Shown: positions 48,961-61,379, counted from the stretch's first letter. The stretch is 64,000 nucleotides of DNA from Octopus sinensis (GCF_006345805.1 NW_021832376.1:1-64000), one strand, 5' to 3'. Notes: generated from the sequence alone by a model not told the origin. Translations and numbers: made by a program.

Positions 48961-49794
48961 GAGATATGCTTTATTCGTGGCTAATGTCAGTATCACGTCA
49001 ATGGCACGTAAAAAACATCCACTGCACTCTTGGAGTGGTTGGCATTAGGAAGGGTATCCAGCCATAGCAACCATGCCAAATCAGATTGGAGCCTGGTGCA
49101 GCTCTTCAGCTTACTAGTTTTCAGTCCCACCTTCTAACCAATGCCAGCATGGAAAGCAAATATTTAACGATGATGGTGGTGGTGGTGGTGGTGGTGGTGT
49201 GTGTGTGTGTGTGTCTTTGTGTTTGTCCTCCACCACTACTTGACAACTGATGTTGGTTTGTTTATGTCCCCTTAACTTAGCAGTTCAGCAAAAGTGGCTG
49301 ATAGAATATGCACCAAGTGTAAACGCAAAATAAGTACTGGTGTTGATTTCTCTGACAAAATCCTTTGGGGCTGTCTCTCAGAATGGCCGCAGCCTAACAA
49401 AACTGCAACATGTAACTGAATAAAACTATTGCCAAATTTCAATTTGTACAATCTGCTACAAGTAATTTATGTCTGTTGAATAAACATTGTTCGATATTCC
49501 ACATCCTCAGATTACAAACATATCTAATGTTCCACTCAGGCACATCAATACCAATAACCTAGTGCTAGAACTCAATATATGTATGCTTCAGAATAAAGCA
49601 TTGGTTGGGACAGATTCATGAAAGAATTTGTGCAATGAATTTCATTAGCTTACGGCTGTTTCTGCTTCAAAATACAGTGTTCTCATAGCTGAGTGCATGT
49701 GTGTCACTTTAAAGCATCTTCAGAGTTTCCAAAACGAAGTCCTCTTAATTTTTGAATCTATAAGATAGTCTCCCCCTGAGCTTTATCCCAGCCC

Positions 49795-50105
49795 GTTCAT
49801 ACTTTAGCAATTACAATCTCAGAGCATCTTCCTGCACTGCTAACTTGGTTGCCTTGGTAACAGAAGCTATCTACTAATTCTGAGGACCCACCCAGACATT
49901 TGAGGAAGTCTGTTTTCCATACATTCTTACCGTTTATTTTACCTTCACATCTGCCACACACAAAGAGTACCTTCCCTATTAACCTTCCCGTGATATTGCT
50001 GCACCTCTTATACATTCATAGCCTGCTCTGGGTACACTGGGTGGAATTTCTACTGACACCTTTTCTACATGTCGAGCAGGGCCATCTCCCTGAAGGGGTT
50101 AGTAA
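49795..50105 (-). mobile_element. Diverged RTE fragment including part of the Cys/His finger
   Basis: KRCSNITGRLIGKVLFVCGRC...LVDSFCYQGNQVSS. Confidence 0.7.
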
Positions 50106-50109
50106 TTGG

Positions 50110-50420
50110 TCTGGTTTTCCTACTTACTCATATGTATGTATGTATGTATGTGTGTGTGTATGTATGTGTGCATGTATGTATGTATGTGTGCATGTATGTA
50201 TGTGTGTATGTATGTGTGCATGTATGTATGTGTGTATGTATGTATATATGTGTGTATATATGTGTGTGTGTATGTATGTATATATATGTGTGTGTATGTA
50301 TGTATATGTGTGTGTATGTATATATGTGTGTGTGTATGTATGCATGTGTGTATGTATGTATATATGTGTATATGTATGCATGCATGCATGTATGTATGCA
50401 TCTATGTGCACATGTATGTA
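50110..50420. repeat. (TATG)/(TG)n compound microsatellite
   Basis: Directly visible. Confidence 0.95.
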
Positions 50421-52560
50421 TGTCTAAGGGTATGAAACCAGGTAAAGCCCCCAGCCCATCAGGAATCACTGCTGAGATGCTTAAAACAGCTGGCTATGTG
50501 GGCTATGGCTTAGTCACCCGCATTGTAAACCAGGTAGTTCATAATGGAGTCATACCAATGACTGGCGTAGCAGCACCATAGTCAACTGCTACAAGGGTAA
50601 GGGTGATGCTCTAGATAGAAATAACTACAGGGGTATTAAACTGTTGGATCAGGTGATGAAGGTCACAGAGAGGGTCTCATTAGGGAGAGAATTTGCTTAG
50701 ATGAGATGCAGTTCGGTTTTGTGCCGGGTAGAAGCACCACTGATGCTATATTCCTGGTCTGACAACTGCAGGAGAAGTACCTAGCTAAAGATAAACCCCT
50801 CTACATAGCTTTTGTGGAGTTGGAGAAAGCCTTTGACAGGGTCCCCCGAGCCCTTATCTGGTGGTCGATGCGGAAACTGGAGATTGATGAATGGCTAATA
50901 AGGGCTGTACAGGCCCTATACAGAAAGGCTGTCAGCAAGGTTAGGATTGGCAATGAATATAGTGAAGAATTCCGGGTAGAAGTAGGTGTACACCAAGGCT
51001 CAGCCCTCAGTCCCCTTTTATCCATCATAGTCCTCCAGGCAATCACAGAGGAATTCAAAACAAGTTGCCCCTGGCAGCTCCTCTATGCTGATGACCTGGC
51101 TCTCATAGCAGAATCACTACCGGAACTAGAAAAGAAATTTCAGGTGTGGAAGCAAGGTTTAGAATCAAAGGGCCTTAGAGTAAATGTAGCAAAGACCAAA
51201 GTTATAGTAAGCAGAAAGGCGAACTCAGCACCCCCCCCCCCTCGGGCAGGTGACCCTGCTCAATCTGTAGGAAAGGTGTAGGTAGAAACTCCATAAGATG
51301 TACCCGTGTAAGCTATGGACGCATAAGAGGTGCAGCAACATCAAAGGGAATTAACTGATAAGATAGCTTTCATGTGCGGCAGATGCACAGGGACAATAGA
51401 CACCACAGATACTCAGAAAACAGATTCCATCACACTCCAGGGGAAGAAAATAGAAGTAGTTGATAGTTTCCGCTACCTGGGTGACCAAGTTAGTAGTGGA
51501 GGTGGATGCTCAGAGAGTGTCACCACTAGAATATGAATAGCCTGGGCAAAGTTTAGAAAGCTCCTACCCCCACTGGCGACAAAGGGTCTCTCGCTCAGAG
51601 TGAAAGGTAGATTGTATGATGCATGTGTGCGAACTACCATGCTTCACGGTAGTGAAACATGGGCTGTGACTGCAGAGGACATGCGTAGACTTGAAAGAAA
51701 TGAAGCTAGCATGATCCGCTGGATGTGTAATGTCAGTGTGTGCGCACGACAGAGGGTAAGCACCCTGAGAGAAATGCTGGATATAAGAAGCATCAGATGT
51801 GGTGTGCAAGAGCGACGCTTGCGATCGTATGGTCATGTACTGCAGATGGATGAGGAGAGATGTGTGAAGAAGTGCCGCTCCCAAACAGTTGAAGGTATCA
51901 GGGGGAGAGGTAGACCCAGGAAGACATGGGATGAGGTAGTCAAGCATGACCTCAGAGCACTGGGCCTCACAGAGGCAATGACGAAGGACCGAGATCTCTG
52001 GAGATATGCTGTGACTGCAAAGACCTGGGCTGATTCCTGCACCAGTTCTGCATAGCCCCTGCCCATTTAAAGTACTTGGATTTCAGAACATCCCGCTGTG
52101 CTTGAGGAGACCTGTTGAGTCAAGTACATGAACATCGAAATAAATATCAATGGAAATAGTAGTTGTGATACCTGTGCCGGTGGCACATAAAAAGCACCAT
52201 CCGAACGTGGCCGCTGCCAGCGCCGCCTCGACTGGCTTCTGTGCCGGTGGCACGTAAAAAGCACCATCTGAACATGGCCGATGCCAGCGCTGCCTTGACT
52301 GGCTTCCGTGCCGGTGGCACGTTAAAGGCTCCAACTGATCGTGGCCGCTGGCAGACTCCCCTGGCACCTGTGCCGGTAGCACGTAAAAAGCACCCATTAC
52401 ACTCGCGGAGTGCTTGGCGTTAGGAAGGGCATCCAGCTGTAGAAACACTGGCAGATCAGACTGGAGACTGGTGCAGCCCCTGGCTTCCCAGACCCCAGTC
52501 GAACTGTCCAACCCCTGCTAGCGCGGAAAACGGACGTTAAACGATGGTGATGATGATGAT
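50420..52560 (+). pseudogene. RTE-clade LINE, 5'-truncated and disrupted: RT domain, PHD-like finger, C-terminus, hairpin-array 3' UTR and (GAT)n tail
   Basis: GKAPSPSGITAEML, YKGKGDALDRNNYRGIKLL, ELEKAFDRVPR, GVHQGSALSPLL, LYADDL, RGRGRPRKTW. Several stops and frameshifts. Confidence 0.93.
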
Positions 52561-52843
52561 GACAGGTGTGTGTGTGTGTGCACAGGATTTAAGCTGATTT
52601 TCACAAGTGTGTCCCACCTTAGATTTGTTTCCTCATAGCTTTCAGAAAAATGAATTTTTTTGTTTTTCCAATGACATTTCCCACAGATACTTTTCAGATG
52701 GCGTAGTTTGGGATTATTTTGGGATTTAATACGTAAAAAGAAAAGTTCCATTTTGGAGCAAACATCATATGATTTATATGTTAGTATATAATGTGGACAC
52801 ACACACCATTATTATTCTTGTTTTTTTTTTAAAACTAAATTCC

Positions 52844-52878
<35 letters not shown>

Positions 52879-53132
52879 TGTGTACAGTGCTCAGGTGCAC
52901 TACAACTCATCTAAAGTGTCGTAATCTACACCGACTGAAAGTCATTTATAACAATTTCTTTAAAAAAATATTCATTTTCCTGAAAGTTATGCGGAAACAA
53001 AGTCGAAGGCTGGGGGCACGCTTTTGTAGAGAAGCCATGCTTTGTATCTGCCGTATAAAAGACATACCCAAAAGGGATCCTGGTTAACTGTAAGTATTTA
53101 AAAAAAAGAGCATCGCCTTAGTAAAAACTTTC

Positions 53133-53373
53133 GGTACTACTTGAGAACAGTGGTCCCGGTGCGCGCAGTCGCGCATCCGCGCTAGCTAGTCGTGACTAGT
53201 CGATCCTACAACGACTACCTAGCAAAGTAAATAAAACACAAAAACACAAAGTAAATAATTTTTTAAACAAAATAACAAAAACACAAAGTAAGGATCGACT
53301 AGTCGTGACTAGCTAGCGCGGATGCGCGACTGCGCGTGTGCGAGCACAGGGACCACTGTTCGCTAGTAGTACC
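53133..53373. mobile_element. GC/CpG-rich foldback element (MITE-like) with ~75-bp TIRs
   Basis: 53133-53207 is the approximate reverse complement of 53291-53373. The core is A-rich and no clear TSD was found. Confidence 0.75.
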
Positions 53374-53589
53374 AAATTTTCTTAATTAGCCCCTAATCCG
53401 TACTCTACAAGGAACAATTAAGAATAAGATAAGAATCTTCACTATTGCCGCTCAGTAAAACAAGTCAGACGAAGAAAACAAGATTTCTGCCAAACTGGAA
53501 TGAAACTGCTTTGAAGTTTAATTGGTCAAAGGGAGAGAACTCTTCTGTACGTTGCTTGACTACTTGTGCGAGAAATGGAACTGAATGGT

Positions 53590-53820
53590 GGGCTGGCAGA
53601 AGCGTTAGCAGGCCGGACGAAATGCTTAGCGGTATTTCGTCTGCCGTTATGTTCTGAGTTCAAATTCTACCGAGGTCGACTTTGCCTTTCATCCTTTCGG
53701 GGTCGATAAATTAAGTACCAGTTGCACACTGGGGTCGATACAATCGACTTAATCCGTTTGTCTGTCCTTGTTTGTCCTTTCTGTGTTTAGCCCCTTGTGG
53801 GTAATAAAGAAATAGGTATT
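53590..53820 (+). mobile_element. SINE family B, full length
   Basis: Head and tail recognisable. Confidence 0.85.
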
Positions 53821-53996
53821 CATTAATTATTTTCTCGTTCGTCATGAAGCATAATTCAAATTTCATAAACGATACACAAAAGTTGTTGAGGAAGAATAAA
53901 GCTACTAAAACCCCTAAAACTCAATTCAAATAACACTGGAAAGGAATACAATAAACGCAAAAAAACAAAAGAAAAAAATTAACTGCCAACGTAATA

Positions 53997-54384
53997 TCTT
54001 TATATATAAAAGTAAGGTTGTGTGTCTGTCTCCTACGATTTAGATTCCTAACTACTCCCACATTTTGCGGTGCAGTTTAACCAAAATCGGGTATCTTATA
54101 GTCGTGATTCATATCGAGCCCTTCTGGGTATTAGCGCGCATCTACGATGAGTCTACGATTTAAAAAAAAATTTACCATCATTTTTTTCCATTTTTAATGC
54201 ATTTTTTTCGCTATTATATAAGGGAAGTAACTCTCTAAAAATGTCTACGATGAGTCAACGATTTAAAAAAAATTACCATCATTTTTTTCCCCATTTTTTT
54301 GCTATTTTTTGGCTATAACTCTCTAAAAATGCTTATATAGTTATTTCCCTTACAAACCCGAGCAACGCCGGGCGATACTGCTAG
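53997..54384 (+). mobile_element. Non-autonomous Helitron
   Basis: A|TC start, hairpin CCCGAGCAACGCCGGG and CTAG|T end. Contains an internal ~105-bp duplication (TCTACGATGAGTC...). Confidence 0.85.
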
Positions 54385-54407
54385 TTTGTATATAAATCTA
54401 TATCGTG

Positions 54408-54775
54408 TATGTGTGGTAAGAAGTTTAAATCCCAACCACATGGTTCTGGGTTCAGTCCCACTATAGGACACTCGGCAAGTATCTTCTACCAGGGCCTCGG
54501 GCCGAACAAAACGTTGTGAGTTGATCTGGTAGACGGAGACTGAAAGAAGCTTTTTCGTGTGTGTTTTTGTTTTTTCTTCTTTCTTCTTCTGCTTGACGGC
54601 CGGGACCCGCTGGTGGTTTTTACATTCTCAGAACTCTGTGGTTTGGCGTAAGAAAACGATGGAATAAGTACCAGACGAAAACGATAGGCGCTGGGGTCGA
54701 TTTGTCCGACTAAAACCCCTTTCAAGGCGAAGCCCCAGAATGGCCGCAGTAGAATTACTGAAATAAGTGAAAAGT
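54408..54775 (+). mobile_element. SINE family A, diverged
   Basis: Head and tail recognisable. Confidence 0.7.
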
Positions 54776-56378
54776 TATATGTATTATGGAATATAAAATA
54801 ACATTATAAACGTGCACGTGTGCGCGAGTATGAATGTTTGTTCTACGGACTCTTTTTCTCTTGACATCATGGAACAGTTGTAACCGAGTGTCACCGTCAT
54901 GCAATGGTTATCGTAAGATTTGCGGGAAACATATTTCCAAACGAAACAAAAAAGAAAAGAATTGAAAACTACGCTAAATGATGATGGAATTCCACACACA
55001 GACACGCACACAAGCGATATACATCATGATGGTAGCAAACGGTAGAGCAAATGGCTGTTGGCGGAGAAAAACTGTTATCGTAACAGTTTACGAGGGCCGG
55101 TTGAAAAGTTCATTAGCTGACCAAGATACTTTCATGGAATGTGACCAAATGAGGTTTATTTTTCAACTTCAGGAGAATAGAGAGGCTGTTATTTAAATTT
55201 ACTAATGTGGTGGGGTTCAGTTTTAATTTATAGGCTAGTTTATCAAATCTGAGAGAAGACAGAGTGTAATATCTTTTATGGATAGTACAAAATAGAGCAA
55301 AATAGACAATTTAAGTGGCAGAGTCATAAATCAAGATTTCTTTGAAGCAAAATTTAACTAAATTCTATATTTTTATTCAGCTGAAGATTGCTCTACATTT
55401 TAAATTGATGTAATATTTGCATCGTCCAATTAAATGGAGTCGCATGAAACGATCGTACTGCATTACCTCTGGATATCCTTGTTCCTTATTTTGATTATAT
55501 ATATATATATATATATATATATACGACGGGCTTCTTTCAGTTTCCATCTACTAAATCCACTCACAAGAGTGAAACTCTAACTGATACAGTTGTAGTCGTT
55601 CGTTTAACTGTACCCCCCAGGTGTAATTGTTGATCTCTGTAGGCCAACTCAATTACCTTCTACAGTGCTTTTGAAGAGTGTCTCAACAAAGTCAAGTCAG
55701 CATATTAAATGATGGCTTCAACCTCTGCGTGATACAAAGATATCACCAGAACGAAAGGAGAGCTGTGCAGTGAGTATTGACAGGATTCAAGGCACAGAGA
55801 GATGGGGGGGGGGAGAAGCAGAGAAAAAGAGAGAGAGAGATGTGAGAATTCTTATGTAGATGTATAGTAAGCATTTAAAAAATGATTTCAATCATCCATT
55901 GGCTGCTATTTCTAGCAGGTCAGTGACGACACAACCATTAAAAGTTTTTCCTATCGAGTTGTACAGCAAGAGTTGTTCCCCTTGCCTTCAGTTCTTTCGA
56001 CGAAATAAGAATTTAAGTGTTGGAGTCGATGCAATCGACTTATACGCCCCCCCCCATGAAGTTGCTGGCTTTGTGCCAAAATTCGAAATCAATAAATTTA
56101 TGTAGACTGAAGTCGGCGAGTTGGCAGATTCGTTAACACGCCGGGCAAAGTGTTTAGTGGGATTTCGTCCGTTTTTACATTCTAAGTTCATATTCCACCG
56201 AGGTCGTCTTTGATTTCCATCCTTTTGGGTTCGCTTAAAATAAGTACCAGTTGTTTACTGGTGATCAATGTGATCGACTTAACCCAGCCCCTGAAACTGC
56301 TGGCCTTCTATCAAAACTTGAAACCAATATATTAATGTAGATTGGGTGTGCGTAGACAACACGTCCGCGCACGCATAT

Positions 56379-56445
<67 letters not shown>

Positions 56446-56551
56446 AATAAGCAACAAGGATATCTAGAGGTAATGCAGTACGATCGTTCCTGCAATGCAA
56501 ACGTTACATCAGTTTTAAAATGCAGAGCATCTTCAGCTGCATAAAAATATA

Positions 56552-56673
56552 GAATTTAGTTATAATTCGAATGATTCATTTGTATAGTTTTCTTTTTATC
56601 CAAAACCACAAAGAGGATGGTTTGGGATAAAAAGAAGACTATACAAATGAATCCTTCGAATTTAACTAAATTC
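56552..56673. repeat. Near-perfect hairpin, ~56-bp arms with a 9-nt loop
   Basis: AATTCGAATGATTCATTTGTATAGTTTTCTTTTTATCCAAAACCA pairs with TGGTTTGGGATAAAAAGAAGACTATACAAATGAATCCTTCGAATT, with three mismatches in these 45 bp. Confidence 0.85.
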
Positions 56674-56869
56674 CCATTCATCAGACAATTGTGATGAATA
56701 CTCATTACAACTGTTCGAGAAACTCTGAGTAACAGTTTTGGGGAAATTTTGCAGTTTTAATAAAAGTACATTACCCTACCTTTGGTATCTGAGTACTATT
56801 TTTTCCACCTTGTTTTGCATTTATCTGCTTACTTGTGTGTGTGTGTATGTGTGTGTGGCCGACTGTACC

Positions 56870-57260
56870 TTTACTCCCCAATAATTATTGATACTCTCCA
56901 AATCTCAGGTGATGCCCATAATGGAGTTCTTTTCTCACGTATCATACGGTGATACTGCTCCACACACACACACACACACTATGTTGTTCTCAGGAAAGGC
57001 TCACCTCACCACTCATAAACTCTTCCCGCCTTTTCATTGCAACTATGATGACCTTTGCTCTTTGGAGCTAGCAGGACTCTTCCTACCTCCACACACAGGC
57101 ACACCCGTCCCTTTCGGCTCTCCTTCTTCAGTCACCCTTGTCGAGTCCATCGTACCAGGCTCCATATTAATCCGGACTCCCAGTCGTTCTTTCCCGGAAT
57201 GTCAGCTCTCAACAAGTTTCTCTCTGCACAAATGTGAGCGATGATGTTTATAGACGTGAT
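56870..57260 (+). mobile_element. Decayed LINE 3' fragment (CR1/L2/Jockey-group-like)
   Basis: HRTRLHINPDSQSFFPGMSAL resembles the SFFPRT..LWN LINE C-terminus. A related fragment lies at 59205-59475 (-). Confidence 0.4.
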
Positions 57261-57561
57261 GAGAGCCAGATGAAGCCAGCAGTTGATGGTGGTATTTAGG
57301 CTGCCGATTCGCCCAGAGGAAGGAAATGTTTATATTGCGAATCAAGGAATAAATATTTATTCTGTTGAAGTTAACGGAAAAATCTTAACTCTTTCTTCAA
57401 TTAATATTTGATGTAAAGGATGCGAGCTGCACCCATCCAGTGCGGGAATCTCTCATCCTGTTACATAATGGTAGCAGATGGTAGTGACAACAGATGGAGA
57501 AGATGATGGTTGTATGGACGAATGATGGTAGAGACATTAGATGATAGGGGTGTGGGTCTGT

Positions 57562-57931
57562 ATCATCATCATCGTCGTCGTCGTCATCATCATCACCATC
57601 ACCACCACCACCACCACCACCACTACCATCATCATCATCACCATCACCATCATCACCACCACCACCACCATCATCATCATCACCATCATCATCACCACCA
57701 CCACCACCACCACCACCATCAACACCATCACCACCACCACCACCACCACCACTACCATCACCACCACCACCACTACCATCACCACCACCACCACCACCAC
57801 CATCATCACCATCACCATCACCACCACCACCACCACCACCACCACTACCATCACCACCACCACCACCATCTTCATCATCATCATCATCATCATCATCATC
57901 GTCGTCGTCGTCATCATCGTCGTCGTCGTCG

Positions 57932-57984
<53 letters not shown>

Positions 57985-58120
57985 CATCTGTTTTCCATGC
58001 TGTCATGTGTTGAACGATTTGACAAGAACTCGTAAGGCCAGGGACCACACCTGTCTGGGCATGGTTTCTATGGCTGGATACCCTTCCGAATGTCAACCAC
58101 TCCGCAGAGTGTACTGGGTT
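57562..58120 (-). repeat. 420-bp (CAT)/(CAC)/(CGT) array forming the tail of a diverged RTE 3' end (57982-58120)
   Basis: The array abuts AAACATCTGTTTTCCATGC..., the reverse complement of the tail consensus. Confidence 0.85.
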
Positions 58121-58741
58121 ATCAGCAGAGAAAACCGTCAATGGCCTCTGCCCCACAGATAGCTAAGGGTCTATGAATAAGTCGGTGAATAAACAGTGCG
58201 TTCATTTATTTGAGCGTTCTCTTCCACAGATTTGTAATTCTATGTCTCTGCTAAGAATTGCTGTTTAGACTCTGGTAGATGCCAGGATGAGCGGTGCCAG
58301 AAAAAGTATTCTCACTTCAAAAGCTACTGAAATGGACTTGACTCTTAATTCTTCTGTGTGTGTGTGTGTGTGTGGCGGGTGGGGTGGTGGTGTCAGTGAG
58401 GTAAGTAAGGGTCAAGTACTGATTACAATGACTGATCCCTGTTATATGTGATTTTGTACCCAAGAGAGAAATCACCAATTACTGTCCCCCTCCCCCCCAC
58501 TTTCAAAAGTAGAAAACATGTCTTCTCTCAGCCAAAGCAAGGACTAAAGACAAAAAGAGAGAGGGAGAGGGAGGTAGTTGGAGATAGGGTGAGAGAGAGA
58601 GGGATTAGAGGGGGAGAGGAGAGAGAAGGACGGGGAAATAGAGTAGGAGGAAGAGAAGGGGAGAAAGGAGATAGAGAGATAGAAATGTAGGAAGAAGGGG
58701 AGAAAGAAAGAGAGAAAGAAAGACAGGAGATTGAGAACGCT

Positions 58742-59142
58742 TTTACTCTTTTACTCTTTTACTTGTTTCAGTCATTTGACTGCGGCCATGCTGGAGCACC
58801 GCCTTTAGTTGAACAAATCAACCCCGGGGCTTATTCTTTGTAAGCCCAGTACTTATTCTATCGGTCTCTTTTGCCGAACCGCTAGGTTACGGGAACATAA
58901 ACACACCACCATCGGTTGTCAAGCGATGTTGGGGGAACAAACACAGACACACAAACATACACACACATATGTATATATACGACGGGCTTCTTTCAGTTTC
59001 CGTCTACCAAATCCACTCAGAAGGCTTTGATCGGCCCGAGGCTATAGCAGAAGACACTTGCCCAAGATGCCGCGCAGTGGGACTGAACCCGGAACCATGT
59101 GGTTGGTTAGCAAGCTACTTACCACACAGCCACTCCTGCGCC
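58742..59142 (-). mobile_element. SINE family A, full length
   Basis: Reverse complement of the consensus. Confidence 0.9.
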
Positions 59143-59605
59143 TGTTTTTTTTTTCTTTCTTTTTCTTGCTTAGACTTAGAAGAAAGTCTATCAGGAAGAG
59201 ACTGAGGCCATTAATGTTCCTTTTGAACTTTTGAAAGTTTACACTCGCAGGAAAGACGTGGACAGACAGGGGGGGGGGTTAGAGAGGGTTGACGTTCTGG
59301 GAAAGAATGATTGAGTGGAGGGATCAATACAGTATCTGGAGTGGGTTGGACATACCAAAGATTATGAGAAGAGGAGGAGGGCGCAACCATCTCCAAAGAG
59401 CAGAGGTTATAACAGAGGCGAAAGTTAAAAACAGGTAGGAGGAAATCGTACATTTGTGGGCCCCAAGCTGAGGCTTGTCAATTAGTGACTTAATACTAAT
59501 TAGTTGTGTGGAGACTTTTTTGAAAGACTAAAGGGGACTGAAAATAATACAGAGAAATAGAGAAAGGTAGAGAGAGATAAAGAAAAAGATTAAGATGCAA
59601 ATAGC

Positions 59606-60028
59606 AAGAGTGGCTGTGTGGTAAGTAGCTTGCTAACCAACCACATAGTTCCGGGTTCAGTCCCACTGCGTGGCATCTTGGGCAAGTGTCTTCTGCTATA
59701 GCCTCGGGCTGACCAATGCCTTGTGAGTGGATTTGGTAGACGGAAACTGAAAGAAGCCTGTCGTATATATGTATATATATATATGTATGTGTGTGTGTGT
59801 TTGTGCGTCTATGTTTGTCCCCCTAGCATTGCTTGACAACCGATGCTGGTGTGTTTACGTCCCCGTCACTTAGCGGTTCGGCAAAAAGAGACCGATAGAA
59901 TAAGTACTGGGCTTACAAAAGAATAAGTCCCGGGATCGATTTGCTCGACTAAAGGCGGTGCTCCAGCATGGCCGCAGTCAAAATGACTGAAACAAGTAAA
60001 AGAGTAAAAGAGAGTAAAAGAGTAAAGA
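59606..60028 (+). mobile_element. SINE family A, full length
   Basis: Head and tail intact. Confidence 0.9.
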
Positions 60029-60134
60029 GTGTAAGAGACAAAGAGAAAGAAAGTAAGAAAGAGACAAAGAAACAGTGGGAGAGATAGAGAGAGAGGGTGT
60101 GTGTGAGAGAGAGAGAGAGAGAGAGGTGTGTGTG

Positions 60135-60165
<31 letters not shown>

Positions 60166-60291
60166 GAGAGAGTAAAAGAAAAAGCGAGTAAAAAGTTAAA
60201 GAAACATAAAAATTAGTGGATAAAGCGGCAATTAAGTGGAATGTTGGATACGAAAGTGTGGCTGCGAAAGCCGGCTTCGTTTTTTAAAAAA

Positions 60292-60348
60292 ATGGCAGCG
60301 ATGACGGCGAATGCTGAGTTGGGTTCCAGCATGAATTTCACCTCTCAG
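60292..60348 (+). CDS. INTS5: Integrator complex subunit 5, first coding exon (MAAMTANAELGSSMNFTSQ)
   Basis: AAAATGG start context and a phase-0 donor CAG|GTAAAT that joins in frame to the exon at 63779. Confidence 0.75.
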
Positions 60349-60762
60349 GTAAATACCAGGACTTTCGGTTCAAGACAGTCCATACAGATGCAATATTTCT
60401 ATTGATCTATACGATCGTATCCCACTTTTCCTCTTCCGTTCGTCTATAGTTCCAGTATTTGTCCGTGGCCGTCGTGTTTGTGGCGATTCTCTTCCTGTCA
60501 TTGTGTTCCGTGATGTCGACGTCTCTTCTTCCTCTCTCCTCTCTCGTCTCTTTCTCTCCTCTCTCACACACACACACACACATATATCTGTGTATCTAAT
60601 CACATACATGCCATCAGATATATAGATGCGTGAATGCACACACACACACACACACGTATTGGCAGAATCGGTAGAGCGTCTGACAAAATGCCCTGCGGTC
60701 GGTAGGTATTTAAAGGTAGTTCCTTCACGTTCTGAGTTCAAATCCCGCCGAGATCAACTTTG

Positions 60763-61197
60763 CGGCGATCTTTCGTCTCTAGTAGACCTTTCCGTCGATT
60801 TCCGTAAAAAAATTTTTGTTTTTTACATATGGGCTTGCGGGAACTTTTGATGTAATATACATACATATACACGGTACACATACACCGAGTAAAAAAATTC
60901 AGTTATCTCTTTCTTTCACACATTACTCTCTCTGTCTCTTCACACACACTAACAGAAGCACTTCACTTACACAACATACTGTCTGTCTCCCACACACCCA
61001 TCAAACACACACACACATGTACATCAATGCTTCCCCTGGACGGTAACTTCAAAAGAACTTCCCTCGTCATACAATCGCTTTCTCTTAGTCTCTTTCGCTC
61101 TCATTACTTCAAAAGTTCCCGCAAGCCCATATGTAAAAAAAAAAAATTTTTTTTACGGAAATCGACGGAAAGGTCTACTAGAGACGAAAGATTGCCG
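60763..61197. mobile_element. Foldback/MITE-like element with ~94-bp TIRs in INTS5 intron 1
   Basis: 60763-60856 is the reverse complement of 61103-61197, apart from the poly-A/T run. No TSD seen. Confidence 0.75.
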
Positions 61198-61379
61198 ATT
61201 TTTAAAATACTTTCTAAATGTGAATGGAATTATATAAAGGAAAAAATTCTTGCGTGTGAACACACACACACACACACACAAGCAAAAAGTAATTCTGAGT
61301 TTATTGTATACATTGCTCAGGTACTCTACATCTCGCTGCAAAAGTCACAGTGCATAATAAAACACAAAATGACAGAAAA

